A stretch of DNA of 41,572 nt, filler included, from a bacterium (GTDB taxonomy: Bacteria > JAJRZV01): NCBI GenBank assembly GCA_024275095.1. It is 2 parts of 2 records of this genome, joined end to end, with 100 filler letters (N's around TTAATTAATTAA, not from the genome) between each part and the next. Parts side by side here need not be neighbours in the genome. Positions count along the whole stretch, not along the records: positions 31,469 to 41,572 come from JAJRZV010000037.1; 1 more part is not named here. The stretch is one strand, 5' to 3'. The position numbers and the translations under genes were made by a program. Positions 39,469 to 41,572 of the stretch are shown here, one piece after another. Below the pieces are notes generated by a model. The model made no database searches and was not told the DNA's origin. It saw only the letters and a list, made by a program, of their open reading frames with translations. Position 1 is the stretch's first letter; every line of letters begins with the position of its first letter.

Positions 39469-40784
39469 TGAATAAAATTCTGAACAGATTAAAATATTAT
39501 GGAGCTACCCGAATATTATGGCCTCTGTCTGTTAAAAAGCGGGTTAGTGGAAAAAGAAGTTCTCCTTCAGGAAAACCACCTTTTGGTCCGCCATTGCAGA
39601 TCACACGTAAACTCAGAGAAATTATGGGATTCCATTATTTTGAAGGGCGTTTTTCTGAAGGGGTGAAACCTGTTGCCTGGGTTACATCAGGAGCTCCGAT
39701 AGAAATACTTCGAGCACTGGATTTTTTTATTTTCTATCCTGAGAACCATGCAGCCATGTGTTGCGTTCAGCGTCTGGTGCCTGAACTTTCAGCGGTGGTG
39801 GAAGAGAAGGGGTTTTCCATGGACCTTTGTTCATATGCACGGTGCGATATGGGTTCAGCCATTTCAGGTAAAACGCCAGTAGGTAAAGTTCCAAAGCCTG
39901 ATATACTGATTGCGTGCACTAATATCTGCCAGACTGTACTCTACTGGTATCGGTCACTTTCAGAAATGCTGGGCGTTCCGCTTGTGGTAATAGACACACC
40001 CTTTGTTTATGGAGATGTACCTCAACATCACTTGAAATACGTAAAAGCTCAGTTAGAGAGGGTTGCAGATATAGCTGAGGATATATCTGGCAGAACATTA
40101 GAGCTGGACAGGTTCAGCCACGTACTTCGCCTTTCAGCAGATGCGTCTCTTCTCTGGGGTGAGGCACTTGCCGCTTCAAAACATCGTCCAGCTCCATGGA
40201 CTGCTTTTGACCAGTTTGTTCACATGGCTCCGATTGTATCCCTGAGGGGTACGTATGAATGTTACGCGTATTATGCGGAACTGGTAGATGAACTGAGAGA
40301 TAGAATTTATCAAGGTATTTCTGCTGTGCAAACGGAAAAATACCGCTTGCTATGGGATAATTTGCCCGTGTGGTTCAAGCTACGTGATTTCTCCACGATA
40401 CTTGCGGAAGAGGGATTTAATATTGTGATTTCTACCTATACAAACGCCTGGTATCAATCAACGGCATATCTCAATTCAGATGAAGCGGACCCTTTTGAAG
40501 CCCTGACAGAGGCGTATATCCACATCATTCTCAACATGGACCTCAACCACAAGTTGGAACTCATGGAAAACCTTATGAAGGATTATTCATGTGACGGGGT
40601 GATACTTCACTCGGATAAAAGTTGCAAACCTTATTCAATTGGCCAGTATGATTTAAAGGAAAAATTGTTGGAGAAAGGGTTTAAAGCTTTTGTTCTTGAA
40701 GCTGACCATGGTGACCCGAGGTTTTACACGGATGAACAGGTAAAAAATCGCCTTCAGGCATTTTTTGAAATGTTCAGCTACTAA
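39465..40784 (+). CDS. 2-hydroxyacyl-CoA dehydratase / benzoyl-CoA reductase family subunit (HgdA-like)
   Basis: YPENH, DLCSYAR, NICQT, KSCKP, RLQAFFE. Confidence 0.87.
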   Translation: MMNKILNRLKYYGATRILWPLSVKKRVSGKRSSPSGKPPFGPPLQITRKLREIMGFHYFEGRFSEGVKPVAWVTSGAPIEILRALDFFIFYPENHAAMCCVQRLVPELSAVVEEKGFSMDLCSYARCDMGSAISGKTPVGKVPKPDILIACTNICQTVLYWYRSLSEMLGVPLVVIDTPFVYGDVPQHHLKYVKAQLERVADIAEDISGRTLELDRFSHVLRLSADASLLWGEALAASKHRPAPWTAFDQFVHMAPIVSLRGTYECYAYYAELVDELRDRIYQGISAVQTEKYRLLWDNLPVWFKLRDFSTILAEEGFNIVISTYTNAWYQSTAYLNSDEADPFEALTEAYIHIILNMDLNHKLELMENLMKDYSCDGVILHSDKSCKPYSIGQYDLKEKLLEKGFKAFVLEADHGDPRFYTDEQVKNRLQAFFEMFSY

Positions 40785-40789
40785 TGTGT

Positions 40790-41572
40790 TTAAATTCTGA
40801 TAAGTTCGTATTCTCTTGTTCCAAGACCTATTTTTTCCGCATGTTGTAGTTGCGGTTCCCAATCCACATCAGGCCAGATATCTTTGAATTTGTCCTGACC
40901 TGGTCCGAATGCTTTCTTCAATCTTGATGTGCGCAGTCCCTGTGCTTTATTAACAAGGTCCACAGAAGCCTGATCTATGGCTACGGGGTCGTATGAAAGG
41001 AGTATGCCTATGTCGGGAACAATTGGTGCGTCCGATGTGCTGTAACAATCGCAAGCGGGGGAGATGTTGGTAAGAAAATTAATGAATAACATTTTCTCTT
41101 TTTTTTCGTTGAACACAGCGAAGGCATATTCAACTGTTCTTTTTTGTACGTCTTCATATGAGGCATCCCAGCGATTTTTAATCGCTCCTTCTGGGCATAC
41201 AGGTATACATGCAGCACACCCTACGCATTTTTCTTCAATTATTACAGCTATTTTGTCTTTTATTACGATGGCCTGATAATTACACCAGCGCAAGCATATC
41301 TGACAGCCGGTACAATTCCTTTTCTGCACATAGGGAGCTACATTTGAATGCAAGCTGAGTTTACCTTCACGGTTGGCACATCCCATGCCTATGTTGTTAA
41401 TAGCTCCTCCAAAACCGAAAAGCTCATGTCATTTAAAGTGTGTCATTGCGACAATTGCGTCTGCATTATATATTTCCGGGGCAATTTTGGCTGTTTCGAC
41501 AACTTCTCCATTTACCTTCACGTCTACGCTTTCACCTCCTCTCAAACCATCAGCTATAACAATGGGTGCTCC
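40790..41572 (-). CDS. DUF362 family protein with a 2x[4Fe-4S] ferredoxin insert (5' partial; in-frame TGA at 41429-41431)
   Basis: The frame continues upstream of the ORF-track ATG: GAPIVIADGLRG...THFK*HELFGFGGAINNIGMGC. Also CTGCQIC, CVGCAACIPVCP, PACDC and DPVAIDQA. Confidence 0.85.

Overview
Bacterial window, probably Deltaproteobacteria-like (Desulfobacterota/Myxococcota affinity inferred from pilB-pilT-pilC-pilS order and gene content). It consists of two segments joined by an artificial spacer (44 N + TTAATTAATTAA + 44 N, 31369-31468). The left segment is mostly minus strand: type IV pilus genes (partial pilS, pilC, pilT, pilB); a cobB-hisS-small Cys4 ORF-argS (frameshifted)-SPOR-aspS run; a sigma-54 activator divergent from an SDR gene; a long GH18-like/DUF4175/Zn-peptidase-TPR/MoxR/DUF58/BatA-VWA/DUF4159/VWA-GATase cluster ending in lpxC; and an FAD oxidoreductase/Fe-S(CCG)/FAD oxidoreductase triad. 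The right segment carries a TlpA-like gene and sppA, yebC-ruvCAB, a membrane-anchored Ser/Thr kinase with 13-aa repeats, a 2-hydroxyacyl-CoA dehydratase-family pair, and a partial DUF362/ferredoxin gene with an in-frame UGA followed by a hairpin (selenocysteine candidate or sequence error). No rRNA, tRNA, CRISPR or mobile element was recognised. All family assignments come from motif recognition by eye, not database searches.
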